From assembly GCA_040954595.2 (NCBI GenBank), contig CM082584.2, positions 12,561,166 to 12,625,165 of the forward strand: a DNA stretch of 64,000 nucleotides. The letters run 5' to 3'. The notes beneath the pieces are model-generated. The model was not told the DNA's origin and ran no database searches. It saw only the letters and a list, made by a program, of their open reading frames with translations. The stretch's first letter is position 1, and the number at the start of each line of letters is the position of its first letter. Origin of the DNA: Balanoglossus misakiensis. Taxonomy: Eukaryota; Animalia; Hemichordata. The translations under genes and the position numbers were made by a program. This document shows positions 25,548 to 39,400 of this stretch, piece after piece.

Positions 25548-27011
25548 GTCTGTATACGAACCCCACAATACTGTCAAAATGAGCTCACATGGCCCACCTA
25601 ACTCAGTTCAGTTTCTAATTGTTGGTGACCTTGGCCTGACCTCTACTCTCACATAATTAATACGCCATCGTGTTCACATTTTCTTCGATAATGTACTTGA
25701 GGTTTTTGCTATGGTTGCAAATTCAATCATTGAACAAATACATGTAATATCCACACTACACACACAAATGAATTTTGGGCAAATATACATTTTATTTATT
25801 TCTCACAATAACTGTCAAGCAGTTTCTCTTGAATGTTCGGCAATTCAAAACCTGAACTTTGACAACACAATAATACATATAATTTCAGTGTTCTATTACT
25901 GCTACCATTACGATCTTCAATTTATTCCATGAACCAATAAAAATGAAATTCTTACAACCTTTGACCAGCGATCTGTGACCACTCATTCAAGGCAAAGTCA
26001 GTAACCAGTTCTACTGGCCAAAATATAGTACATTGTATACTGAAATAGCTTAATTACTCTAATGAATTTTTTTCCCATATTGTCAGGATGACACAATGGC
26101 TATCAATCAAAAGCTCCAGTCTGGTAGAGACTTGAATACGATTTCAGCCAAAACATGAACAGTTATGTGTATGTTTATTTGATGTGTTTCAGATTACAAG
26201 ACTCTGAAAACAAATATATCTCAACTGAGTAAAGCATGCAATTAAATCTTGTTTTGCTGAATTCATGGCACCATTTATGATTGACACATATTCTTTAAAA
26301 AAAACTCGTACTGCGACAAAATATTGAAATTCTACAGAATACAACAAACAGAAAATAAATTTTTAATGGTTATAGTCCTCCAGATACATGTTCATTTTAA
26401 CACATAAAGTTCCTTTTTAAGGGACCAGCTTATCCATAACGAAATGGCTACCTCTGTATTGGTTAAGCCTCACATAATATTTGTTTCTTTGTGAATCATC
26501 TTCACCGTCTTGAATCCATTTTACAACATATCATTTACCCACCGAAGTACTGTCACTCCAGCAGCGTCCAGAAAACAGTTGATGATACGGAACATCACAT
26601 ATATTTTTAAATCCTTCATCACCAGCTGCCATTAAAAACACTTAGTGCCACAAATTGAAGAATACATTACCAACTTGGTGGCAAGGGACAGGAGTTGTCC
26701 TGTCATGGTGTCGTTCAACTGCAGACTTGTACGTTGGCAATGCTGAGGATTACATGCAATGACAACAATGACAGCTAGTCAACATGAATGGGTCATGAAC
26801 AACACTAATTTGACTTCCCAGAACTACAAAGTAATCCTGAGAAAAAGTTCTTAGTACAAATGCAACATAATTGAAATTGCAAGCAATCCAAACATGCAGT
26901 TAAGTCGGAATCTTTCATTTTCTCCACACATGGTCCAACACATAGCCACAGAGGCACATGTGTCTGGGTTTATCGGACCACAGTCAACAAAGACGTTAAA
27001 ATAGAGATGTA

Positions 27012-30000
27012 CTATGAAAAGTCAGAATGCTCTCCATTTGTTAACAGTGGTTCATTTTCAATGCCAAGGCCATGCCTGGAATCATCGATGTGTATAACAG
27101 TTCTGGGGTTGTCCATATCATTGGCATTGCTACTTGTCCTTTTAACCGGCGATCTTGGAGGCCTCGGTAAATGGCTGTGATGTGTAAATGATGGTTTCTC
27201 TGGGATGAAGAACGCCACTAAGAGGGCTAACAGTACTGAGCATGCTCCAAACACGAACGGTGGTCCAGGCATGATTGTCTGTGAACAGAAATATCAAGAA
27301 GTTGGTAACTGCAGTGCTGTCTCTAAACCGTGATGTGACATTTCAAGCATTCTCACAACTAATTTCAAAAGTTCCGTACTCTAAAACTGCAAGGTTATAA
27401 AAATATATGCATCCTAGTCTGAATGTCCTCGAAATAGTATATCATGTGTGGATGCGCTAGTTAACACAATGATTAGACTCACCAGCCCAAGTGCTGTTAA
27501 TGGATTTTCCAGCAGCGGTTCCGTCTGTTTTGGCTCCGGGCCTACCATCGCTTCTGCATTTGGCAATTCCGGCGTCTCCTCAACATCCAATTGCACATGG
27601 AAAAGGTAGAATACAAACCCAAACAATGCCGGTCCCAATCCGTTACACAAACCACGGATTCCGGTTATCATTCCTTGGGCAACACCTGTTGGAAAACAGG
27701 AACAGTCACAAATTGAATTAAATTAGCATCTGGTGAAGTTCACTATTTATGGGTCGACTTTATAAATTGGAGGTGATTGCATAACTTTAATATGAAATTA
27801 GGCTGAATTTCTCTGCCATGCATGAAATCAGAATCACAGTCTACGTCTTTCTCACCTTGCTGGTCGGCAGGTGCATTAGTCGACACCAATGAACTGATGG
27901 CAGGATATGTGATGCTACAGAACGACGCAATGGCCCCAGCTGCCCACATCATCCAGAACTGTGAGCCAAAACCGAACCATAGAAGCTCCAACATTTCAAA
28001 GGCAAGACCAATCATTATGGTGTGTTTATTGCCGATTGTTCGCATTAACAAGCTGAGAACGTAGGTCTGCAATAAATATTCACAGATGGCACAGTTACAA
28101 CAGGTGTTACAGTGAGATAACACTGTATTAGGCCGGGGTCTTACACATTAGCCAACAAGGTCACAAATTGTTGGTAGCAGGACTCTAGTATGTGCCAGTA
28201 AAATTCCACTGTTAGTAAGTAATTCAAGCATGATTTTTTCCTTGAAACAGAAGTACGCCAATTGATCAAATCTGAATGCTACATTTCTGTAGCTTACTCT
28301 AATAACACAGAGCTTTTCCAATAGGAACATATGTGTATGACAGTTCGTCAGCAGATTTTACCACTCATCAAATTTCTATTTTCACAAACAACACCAGACA
28401 CTGACACACTGCAGTGTTAATCTTTCCATACATATGTGAGCACACCAGCTGTCAATTCTTACCTGGGCAAAGACGGATAAAACTCCTATGACTGCAATAA
28501 AAGCGGCTACATTCTCAGCTGAAAATCCTATGACCTGAATAAACATAGAAAACCACACAAATTAGGATTTTGGTACAGACTGCACTATAGAACTCCAAAT
28601 ACCTGACAGAAGTAAACACTCCCAGACCCCCAAATCTGTTCACAAAATTTTTCTGTACGTACAGGACCCACACGCGACAACCAGCCTTACCTGTCTTAAA
28701 TACAGAAACATACACGAGTACTGTCCTGCCTCGGGCAGATACGAAAGGAACACAGTGACACAGAGTAACAACACGGTGTAATCCTGTCCCACCTTACGCA
28801 GCGACTGCAATAAAGAAAGGTTTGCTAATTAGTGGACACCTCTTCAGAAGTTTTGATGAATGTGTTTGGTATTTTCTCCCAGTTAATAATATGAATCCAG
28901 TTGCATCCAGATACTAAACATTTTGTCCGTGGGCATGTATCTGCTACCTGTAGTTATATACACAGCAGGCCCTTGCACAGTCAGTCATGCCTCAATAAAA
29001 TCCTAGTTTCGGCTGATGAATCAAACTCACTCACCTGGAATGGATCAGCTTGTTCCCAAGAGATGGCAGCACCCCACGATGCCGGGCGGACTTTTTCCGG
29101 TAGTGATTCCGGCACCGCCACCAGTATAAATAAAATATCAATCATTGCAACGACTGAGGCTAAGAATATCACCAGGTGGTCATTGTAAATTTGTCCCAAA
29201 TAAGCACCAATGGCAGGGCTGGTCACAAGACTCGCTGCAAATGTCGCAGATACCTGTGTGTGTGGAGGACAAAAATTACTAAGCACGACAATCAAGACAA
29301 ACTAGATGATAACTAAGATCTTTTGGTGCAATTTTCCAATTAAAATTTGTTTAGGTAAAAATCAGGAAGAAAATCAAGAGATTGATAACCGAAATCTCAC
29401 CAGTCCATACGCAGCACTTCGATCAGCTTCGTCAGTGATATCAGCAACATATGCAAAGACTATGGAGAAAGTACAGGCAAACACCCCAGACATGGAAATC
29501 ACAGCAAAGAACCACCTGGCAAAAGAAACAGAATTAAAAAGTGAACAAACAGTTTGGAAAGAAACCCAGGATGGCAGCAGCAACACATGGCTGCCATTTT
29601 CTGTGGACTGGTTAGTGTGACTGTTAGTGAGTGTGTTTTCCAACCACCCAGTGTGGGAGGGAAAAACACTGTGAAACTGCACACATAATGGTCACCGATT
29701 CTATTTTGAGTCATACTCCCAATTATCGGCTGATTTTCAGTTCACTGAACAGAATCCAATTAAACCTTGTCGTGCGGCTATTTGTATCACTGACACAGCT
29801 TAATATATATGTAGAGTGCACACGTATGCTACACACATCTGTATCTGTGGGGACAAATTACAATACAAAAACCAGGCAACAATTACACAAACGTAAAATT
29901 TGACACAACGTTAGTGATATCTGCACTACATTCACTCAAATTTCATGCACATAGTAGCCTAACTCCTTGCTTCAGGATTAGTCTCAGATTCAATTTTTTC

Positions 30001-32926
30001 CATCTCTTGAATTGAGAAAGAGGGGGGGGGACCACTCAACCAGATTATCCACAGTTAATATATACTTACCAAGGGCTAATTTTCATCAGAGGTATCGGTG
30101 CACAGGTGAAAAAGACTGTCAATAAAAGGAATGACTTTCTGCCCCAAACATCCGACAATGCTCCCAGCAAGGGAGCGCTCAGAAAAGATAAAAAACCCTG
30201 CACACAAAAAAGGATGAGAGAAAAGAAAGAGACATGAGTCATGAGCCGATGCGAGATTAACTGAATAAACAACTGTGCGTTCATTGAAGAGGACAATGGT
30301 AGTGAGCATTAAAGAAGACACGGGATCTCGAACTTCTACACAAGCAGACAAGTATAAGAACACATTATCTCAACTATACTGATCAGGTACCAAGGCCATA
30401 CATATTTTAAATTTAAAAGGAGTCAGATACAATTTTTCCAAAACTCTAAAGATTGCCCCGGGCGACGCAGCATCAGTTGTCCAAAGATGTGACATACAAT
30501 ATAGGGGCTTTCAGAGAGAGTATTTTATTTATATACTCTTAAAGCTCAGAGCTCAATCATGTACATAGGAGAGGTCGATTGTAAACAGTATGCAACTATT
30601 GATCACATGACGTATGTTTTTACATTTTGTACACTCAATGAAATATTGAACTTTATAAATGCCAATACAAAAGAGCAACATTTGCTGCAATACCTGTATA
30701 AAATGAAATGAAACAGAACTGATATTTGAATTTTTCTTTCTTTCCCCCTAAATCATTCATTTTGAAAGATGATTTCCCATTGGTTTTACTCATTCACTGA
30801 AAAAAGCAAACATTCCCGTCATCCCAAAAAGATACATGAAAAGTATCCATTAATGTCACACAAAAAATCTGTACCCCTAAAAACAAACAGCTGAAGGAAA
30901 GAAACAAACAGAGGTTGCAGCTTACCTTGACTCCCTGTATTAACCCATTCATTAAGAACGTGTGCTCCTGGAAAGTATCGTGTAAAACCTGCGTGAGAAA
31001 AGACACAAGAGTTAAAGCCCCAAGAACTGCCAATTTTTGTATTATTTTCATGATGTTATTTTTCATCTGGGGCTTTAAGATATGTATCTGTAACTTTTGA
31101 TGATATTCAGTATTTTAATTCTGTACTCCTTGCAACCAGGACTCAGTTTATCATCACAGCATATGTATATAACCAGCAATGTTATTGCTCATCTTTCCAA
31201 CCAAATCCATATATGTTGGATCTCATTGTAGATAGACAAAGCCAGCAGATGCAAAGGGCATAGAACGGATAATATAAAAGCCCAAATACATCTCTACATG
31301 TAAATCTGATTTTAATCAGACTGAATGATATCTTGAAGTCATACTTACATTTATCATTGGGGAAGTCAGTAAGCCCCATGCAAAGAATTCTAAAAATATC
31401 ACCACTAAGGCATGGTACACACTAGGATTTCCTATGCCCTGAAAAAAATAAGAAAAATTCATCTCTAATCACATACATGTGCAATTCCCTATATTGTGGC
31501 AAATCTCATACTGTGATAATGGACCATCCAAATCACTGATAATATCACAAACTTCAGGGGAAATCCCAACCAAATTCTCTATACTACTGCTGTGTAATTA
31601 TGTGTGTGTGTGTGGGGGGGGGGACTAGACATTCAGATGACATGATGCTAAATTGCTATATCTGGAGATATATTTTCAAACAGTAGTAGTGCAGATGAAC
31701 AGGTGTTTTGTGTATCTGTTCAAGCCCTTCACTATGGTAAGGAACATTAGAGTTTAGACTGGTGAAAAAAGTGACCCCTGTTTTTGACCTTCAATCAGAC
31801 TGGATGAACTTTGCACACCCTATTTTAGACCAAACTGCTGAATAAACCACACAAAAGGTTGGCACGCTTACATATCAGCCTACACAGGAAGCAGCACCCC
31901 CAATACTTAAAACACTGTGATAAAACAGGTGTTATTTCATAGATAACAAAGGGGTCAGATCTGTAAATGCACAATATCAGTCAGATGTGATTGCCCCATG
32001 ACAAGATGGTGTACAATAAGTGTGAATACATAAAACATGGGAAATGTACATGTCGTCGAACAACATAACACAACTACTGATAGAATGGCCAAAGGTTATC
32101 ACTGATGTCTGACAGGTCACGATACATTGGATCCAACTACAGGGACCTAGGTGCATCTCACTGGAAACACAACAATGGTCATTTCAACTTTGGCCCATTT
32201 AATTAAACCTTTGAGCATGTTCAGTTACCGGTCTCTGATAACAGCTGTTTACATGAGTACTAGCAGATAGTCAATCCATGGATGTCTCATACTATAAAGT
32301 ACATGTAAATCTGTGATCAAAGAATAAGCTCAAGCTAGATTCCCATCCCAGTCTCCCTTTCTCCTTAAAAACATACATTTTATTTTCTTCGCAAGCCTAC
32401 AGTAATACTAATAGCATGAATGTGTTTGTTTACTTTACGCTGTAAAGCACGATCAGACCTGTCGAAAATACACTACATTCTTGATTCCTTTCCATACATT
32501 TCAATATCCCAAGCCAATACACACCATATACAACATTCGTTCTAGTCATTTCCGCTTGGATATTTATTCAATTTCTATGAATGGTTACGTGTGGAAGTTG
32601 TGTACGTGGGTGAATGAAAACATATTGATTGGCCCGGCGATAGAGATGGATTGTATACATTTTTTGGATTGTACGCTACATTAATTGCAAGATGAAATTG
32701 TCCCATTTTTGGTACTCGTCTTGACTACGTGTGTCGACTTCATTCTTTTTATTACAGTAACGTCGATCAGCACGTCTCGGTTAGAGAGTGTGTTGACCGC
32801 GTCACAGATCACATTCAGAGCTAGAGTACGTACATCAGGACTCACCGTCCCGCCGCTATCCTTCGCGACAGTTTTCTTACTCCACTGTAAGGCTGGAGTC
32901 TGCCTCTTTCTCTTCTTTCCAATCAT
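27012..32926 (-). CDS. MFSD14: MFS transporter MFSD14A/B (HIAT1, hippocampus abundant transcript 1), 11 exons, ~520 aa
   Basis: Exons 32926-32846, 31438-31349, 30988-30926, 30197-30070, 29515-29401, 29253-29035, 28804-28691, 28534-28463, 28066-27856, 27685-27483, 27278-27012. Peptides GIGNPSVYHALVVIFLEFFAWGLLT, HTFLMNGLIQGVK, GALSDVWGRKSFLLLTVFFTCAPIPLMKISPW, SYLPEAGQYSC and GIRGLCNGLGPALFG are near-identical to HIAT1. Confidence 0.96.
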
Positions 32927-33029
32927 GCTGAAATTACCTAAATTACATGAGATTTCTTCTATGACTTCACCATCTGTCCATTGTTGCTGTTTGAGATCAG
33001 GTGATGACTGAAGGTCGCCATTACTGGTA

Positions 33030-33057
33030 TCCCACAATGCAATGTTTCGTGACGTCA
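33030..33057. promoter_or_regulatory. MFSD14 promoter-proximal ZNF143/Staf-like site plus CRE palindrome
   Basis: TCCCACAATGCAATG at 33030-33044 and TGACGTCA at 33050-33057, ~100-130 bp upstream of the ATG. Confidence 0.6.
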
Positions 33058-33439
33058 GGCAGAAAATTAATTTTGCCCTCTGGCGGCGACTGAAAAGATG
33101 CTGACGCAAGTTTCTTGCATTTTATATTAAATCGACCGTTCGATGATATAAATACTAGGATTTCCATTTTTGGGCATGCTGTGGTTGCAATTATTTATTT
33201 CTGTTTATTAGCGGAATCGTACAATACAAGCAGCAACGCAACTTAAGACTGATAGGCCCAAATAGGCATTCAATGAAAATGTTACGACGGACACTTTTGG
33301 TTGACAAAATCTTGAACTTTATTAAAGAAAATAATAGTCAAATTTACAATAATGTGTTTCTTTAAATTCTTTCAATATAAAAATAATAAGCTCCAGTTAA
33401 CGTTTTATTGCAATTAATGAATTATTCTTGTATGGCCCA

Positions 33440-36400
33440 TCAGCACCAACCGGGCGACCAAACACCGCCGTAGTGCCGAGGGTGACCCGACATATCCCGA
33501 GTGGTGTCAATTGTTGGTACCAGACTTGCACGATGCTCATCCAGACGATGCATCAACTTTTCAACTATATCCGGGAACAATTCTGCCGTGTTGTTGCGTT
33601 CCTCTGGGTCGTCTGCAAATGGTGGGGAAAGAAGTTTGACAGTTCAAAATGTCATGTTATGGTAGCTTTTTTATATTGCCAATAAATTCAACGCACGTTC
33701 ACGTGACTCCTACGAGTTTAATGTGGAACAAATTTCGTGTTTAATAATGAATGACATATGGGTTTGATAGAGTGAAATACCTTGGAGATTAAACAGGTAG
33801 ACTACATCCGCCGGTGGTAACGATGTGTCCAGTTTATCGCCTCTGAATACTTCTAAAGGTATGTCGCCGAAATCATACCATCCATCTGATTCGTTGCTTA
33901 ATCTGCACGGATGGAGTAAATCTGGATTTCCGGTAATCAGTTTGTAGTCGCCAACTCTGGTAAAAGAAGAGAAATTAAACAACCAATGAATACGTGTAGT
34001 TTGGCGATTACATGCTGGGAGAGTACGGATTGTTAAACCCCGACCAAGACACTGATATTTTCTGAGGAGTGTGTGTCGTTTTCAAACAGAAAGGTTTCAC
34101 GAAAACTGCATGTCTATTTCTCAAATTTGCATACATGTTGTCATAGATACCTGATAGCAGCGCTGGATGTGAAGTTGTCGTCTTCAATATTGTAAATGAT
34201 TTCTTTCCTTGGAGAAGACTTTCCTTCGGAGATCGACTCCCACATGTCAAAGCCATCTAAACTAGACTCTTTGAAAGGGGAAATTAACAAAATGGGAATT
34301 GGTATAGATGTCATTCGACGTTTTATCGGGGTTTAAAAAGTGCCGTTCACTCACGTGACCACTGATATCTGCGCTTCTCAAATTCTTAGTTTTGTAAAAA
34401 AAAAATACACGTACATGTATATAATATAAGGGCTGCTCACTCAATATATTCAGAATAAAAGGGATTGGTTCTTATTTTTGGCGAAAATAATTACGCGAGA
34501 ACTTCAGGAGTGATATTATGAGAATAACGACGTCAACATATATCTTATTTATCAAGCCGAACAAGATTCTATGGAAAGGGAATTTCAAAACCTGTAAACA
34601 GGAAAATCTATAGGTTTTGCGTCCTCCTCTGGAAATGGGAAATGTTATTCAGATGGATGCGATAAATTTCACACACACAAGTATACCTAATGCAAAAAGC
34701 GACTCCTGCCAAGAGCTAGTGAGTACAATTTGACCTTTATTTGTGTTGAATGTGTCGGCAGTACCCACGCCTAGCAGCCAGATGCATTGACTAGCCTGGA
34801 ACTGATCCAAACCTTTACATGGCCACGTTGTTCTTTGGAAACTGCGTGTCATCCCGCAGGAGTTGCTCGATGCTGCTTTTCAACAAAACAAGTGTGCGGG
34901 ATGCTCTAGTTTCTCACAGATTAAAATCTACCTCTCACAGAGTCGTTGAAAGTCACGACCGCAGGGTCCTCAACAAACTACTGATAAAATCGCAAATCTG
35001 ATTTCCCAGGATAATTTTTTTTTTTAATTTTATACAAAAGTTACTTTGGTGATGAGAATCAGTTTTGCAGGAGCCTTGGGTATTTTTTCAAATGTTGAGT
35101 TTCATAAGTCACGAAGATCGTTGAAGCACGTGTCTGGCTCGTGATAAACAGCTTCTGCTAGCTTTGAGGGGTGTGTGGTGAATTAAACACATTAAAAGTT
35201 TATCGCGTTCGTGATGTCGGTTTACCATTTAGATCAAGTGGGGGCGGTCTTTCTTCGGGCATTCCACTCATGATCCCTTAATCCATGCTCTGACGCAAAC
35301 AGTTATTTCTCGTAAAGTTAACAATTTCACCACTATGTTAGCAGAAGAGGAACGCGTGCATGAGAGAGATCGGCTCTTAAACACGGTATGCTACATTACC
35401 TGCTTTGACGCCCGCTAGTGACAGTAATGTGCGGTGCCAGTCGACAACGTGGATAAGTCTGTCGAGAAATTCCGACCAACGAGAAATTAGATTTAAACTG
35501 CTATATTCATTATGAGAGGTGTACGACACTGATAGGTGTAAGACATCAAAGTATTCTTTATTGCGATATAGCATATTTATTTATTTGTAAAATCACCTTT
35601 GTAACGGTAGCGTATGATGGTAGAACTTACTCATTACTGACATATCCGTCGAGTCTCAGAAGTTTGCCAGTGACGAATGCAGGAACCCGAACAGCGCCTT
35701 CAAACAGTGTACCAATGCTACCTCGCAAGGGCCAGTTTGAACCTGCCCCCGAGTTTGCCATTGCTCCATTCTGGGAGTGAAAAAAAATCAAGCTACTGAG
35801 TACTAATACTGTGAAGACAAATGTGCTTTTACCGCCATCAAGACATCGATATTAGATTCTGAACAATTGGGAATAATAGTTCTTGAAGTTAGCGTATGCG
35901 ACTTGGACTTTGCAAACTACTGAATCATTGTCCTATTAGGTACGTTTTCCAATATTAATTCCCCGTAGGTGGCACCAAGCATACTTACGTCGCTCATAAA
36001 TACCAAAACGGTGTCGTCCCACAAGCCGTATGTTTTCAGCGCCTGCGTAATGTTACCGATGGCGTCATCCATCAACGATAGAATCCCTGAAAATCAAATT
36101 TATCAGCAAGAGTGAACTCCAAAAATCTGCGACGTCAGTGAAAGAAGCCAAAAGCAGAGTCTTCAAATTCTGTCAAAAGTTCACGTGCACCTGCGCAGTT
36201 TATTGTCCGTCGGCTGTCACGGCCGATCATGGCTGGCAAACGATTACGTAACGTCTTACCGAAATATTTTCTGGTTCTTTCATCCGGTATTTCGGAGAAC
36301 TTGGCCTCGTATTCCGGTGGAACCTCGAAAAGAGACAGAGGACGGAAAAATTATATATTTGGTCTGGGCTGTTACTAGTATTTAGAACTAAGCGAAAATT

Positions 36401-39400
36401 ATGGCGGTTTTTCTTCGTGTATGAAAAGTCACGGGTCACGACTAAAGGGAATCAATGGAAGATGATGTTCCATAGAAATTTAAATACCTCCAGTATCTTG
36501 CCGGGGACATCCATTGAAAACTGCAGATAGAGCGGATACTTCGGGTAATGTTCGGACAAAATCTGCACAATGCGGTCGACCAGCATGAACTGAAAGAAAG
36601 AGAGCCAATCAACAACGGTGTCTCATAAAACAATGCTTGTCCGACTTTCACAGGTGCGCCCAGAAAATGGCGTCGACGGTACTTTCGATGTCGTGGTCAC
36701 GTGACTCCAAACGGTACGACATCAAAGAAAATACACGTGAGCGAATATCGGGTATGAAAGGTATACCGTCCCCTATGCAAAGTTAGCTAAAGTTACTAGG
36801 GCAAATTGAGAAGATTTTCCGTCGATACCCCTTGTTTGTACATGATTACACCGGATCATACATATACTCACAGTCAGATATTTGTCCGACTCTTGTACGA
36901 TTCCAGTGTCATCTCGAAGGTCGTATCCCAGACCAGCTGACAGCAGAAAAAGATCAGGTTATTTTTAAAATACTTTTATACAGAACAGAAGTTCTTTACT
37001 TTAATTATTATCTTCCAACAGCCATTGACCACGTTCTCCGATTTACTTATTTTTTTTATGCGGGAGAAAATCAGGGATGGACTAAGAAGAAATGCCTTCG
37101 ACCACGAACAACACAATTGCTGGTACATGTATTCCTATACTTACTCTGTCCACACCGATCCGTACTTAATTTTTCGTAGTGTGATGATCCTGACGTGAAG
37201 CCTCCATAGTGAGAATCAAAACCTCGCTGTGTCGGGGTGTAGGCCCAGTCACAATAACCCAGATGCCATCTGCAAATTGATGGATTGTATTAACATTCAA
37301 AACAAATCACATCAATCAACTGCATTAACCTTCTTGCTTGTATCAAATCATCACCAGAATTATTCCAGCGCCCATACGGACAAGAATTAACTCTTATTTG
37401 AGTTATTTTTTGCTGCGTCTGTTTTGAGCTGAACCATTTTCATGGAGTTGAAAATAAACACTTACTTGCCTATGTGGTGTGTGAGATATCCTGCTTCTTG
37501 TAGTTTTTCTGGCAAGAGCTTCAAATGTAACGGGAGGCCACCTCTTTGTAAATTCCACAGTATCTGGTGCTGAGAAGCGAAACAACAATTATTCACGTCA
37601 TTGCGTCACGAATTATTTAATCGGCCACAGCCATGAAAGTTTGGCATACTCTATCAGTCTTTTGTTTCAGATTTCGTTTGAACCTCCGTCGCCGGGGGCA
37701 CCCGATGTCTGTCTGATGTCAAGCCACGAACTCATTTCTTAAAAGTATAAGATTGCAAACTTACTTGCATTCCAATTTTAAAAGGATAAAAACCTGTCAT
37801 CAAGGCAGCTCTGGTTCTGGAATTTGGCACAAGAAAAGAGAGTATGAGAAAGAATATTTGCATGTACATATCCCCGTGCATCTCTAAATTTGTTCTTATT
37901 TGTCTCCCGAGACATCTCTCTATCTTTCTCTGTCTGTCTGTCTGTTTGTTTGTCACCGTCTATCGTTCTCATCGGACATGGCGTCGATGTGGATTTAAAA
38001 GTTTTATTTTCTGGAAATGTCGCGTCTTCCGTGCAATTAAACCGTATTCCGATACCTACATCTGGTAACACAATACTGCAGTGCGCCTGTCTGATTTTCA
38101 TTTTTAGTTTGGAAATAGGAATATCGCTTTCCTAATTCCGAAATTTTAATGAGACTTTCCATATACTCACGGTGTACAAACTGGTTGGACATAGGTCCAA
38201 TTAAAAAGGACTCCCTCAGCGGCAAGTCTGTTAATAATGGGCGTCCTGACATTGGGGTTATTCCATCCAACATCATTCCATCCAAGATCTTCTGCCAGTA
38301 TGACGACGATATGTGGAGGTCTCGGTTTGTGAATCGACAAAACTGGAGAGAGAAAAACAAACTTAAATTATGAATCCGTTTTCATTTAAATAATTATTAT
38401 TCCTATTAATTTTCATGTTGTATCATAACTAAATGTGTTTGCCATCTACGATTTTGTACTTTCTTATGGTAGTTTCACATCCCTGCTATTTGATACACAG
38501 GGGGTTAGTAGAGCGGCGCTCATCAGGGATCGCTCAACCCCAAGCCGAGAAATAAATTGAGATAATGGGAACAGGATGCCAACGCAAGTACACGCCAAGC
38601 TACAGCGACAAACTTGAACTCACCGATAACAACGATGGCCAACACAACTATCGCCAAGATAAGACCGGTCAACATGGCACAAGCCATGGCATTCTTGCGA
38701 ATCTTCTTCAGCGCCGCTTCCGTCAGATCGCCGTCAGCCTCTGAAACCGCAACGCCGTCGCCTTCGGATGTCACAGCTTTGCCGTCTCTCTAAAATGAAA
38801 CGAAGGCAGGATTGAAAATTCGGTGACAGAAAATGAAGCTCTCAAGAAAGAAACATGTTCTTATCGTGTGATTGTGGAATTGGAAACACGTGGATGCTGG
38901 CCAACAGCTGTTGAAATTTCACTATGCCTCAGGAGAGAATGAAATATGCAAATAAAATTCAAGACCCACAAATATTCAGCTTCGCAGTTTTCTTTGTCTA
39001 GACCAGCGAAATATAAATATTAAAGTATTTATTTTTCTCGATACATGTCAGTAAAAAGCTAATATTCCTCGGTAAACCTTCAATTGATGGGCATCCGTCG
39101 GACAATGAGGAAGTAATCGGAGCCCGGAGAAACAGTTTGTAGGTGCGCGTGCCAGTCACGTGCTGCGATCTGGTCTGAAGTGCACAGGACTGAAATCTCC
39201 ATGCCAACCAAGCCCCTTGGCGCAGTGGGCCTATCGCGAGTATCTTGCAACGAACAGATCTGAACAACACATTCACGTACATATTTTACGAGTGTTCCAA
39301 ACGGACCAAAGTATTTTAACATCAATCGTCTGCTATTTGTTATAACTCCTGTTCATTGTAAACAACAAACCACATTAGCAGACACGCACATGCTGACCAA

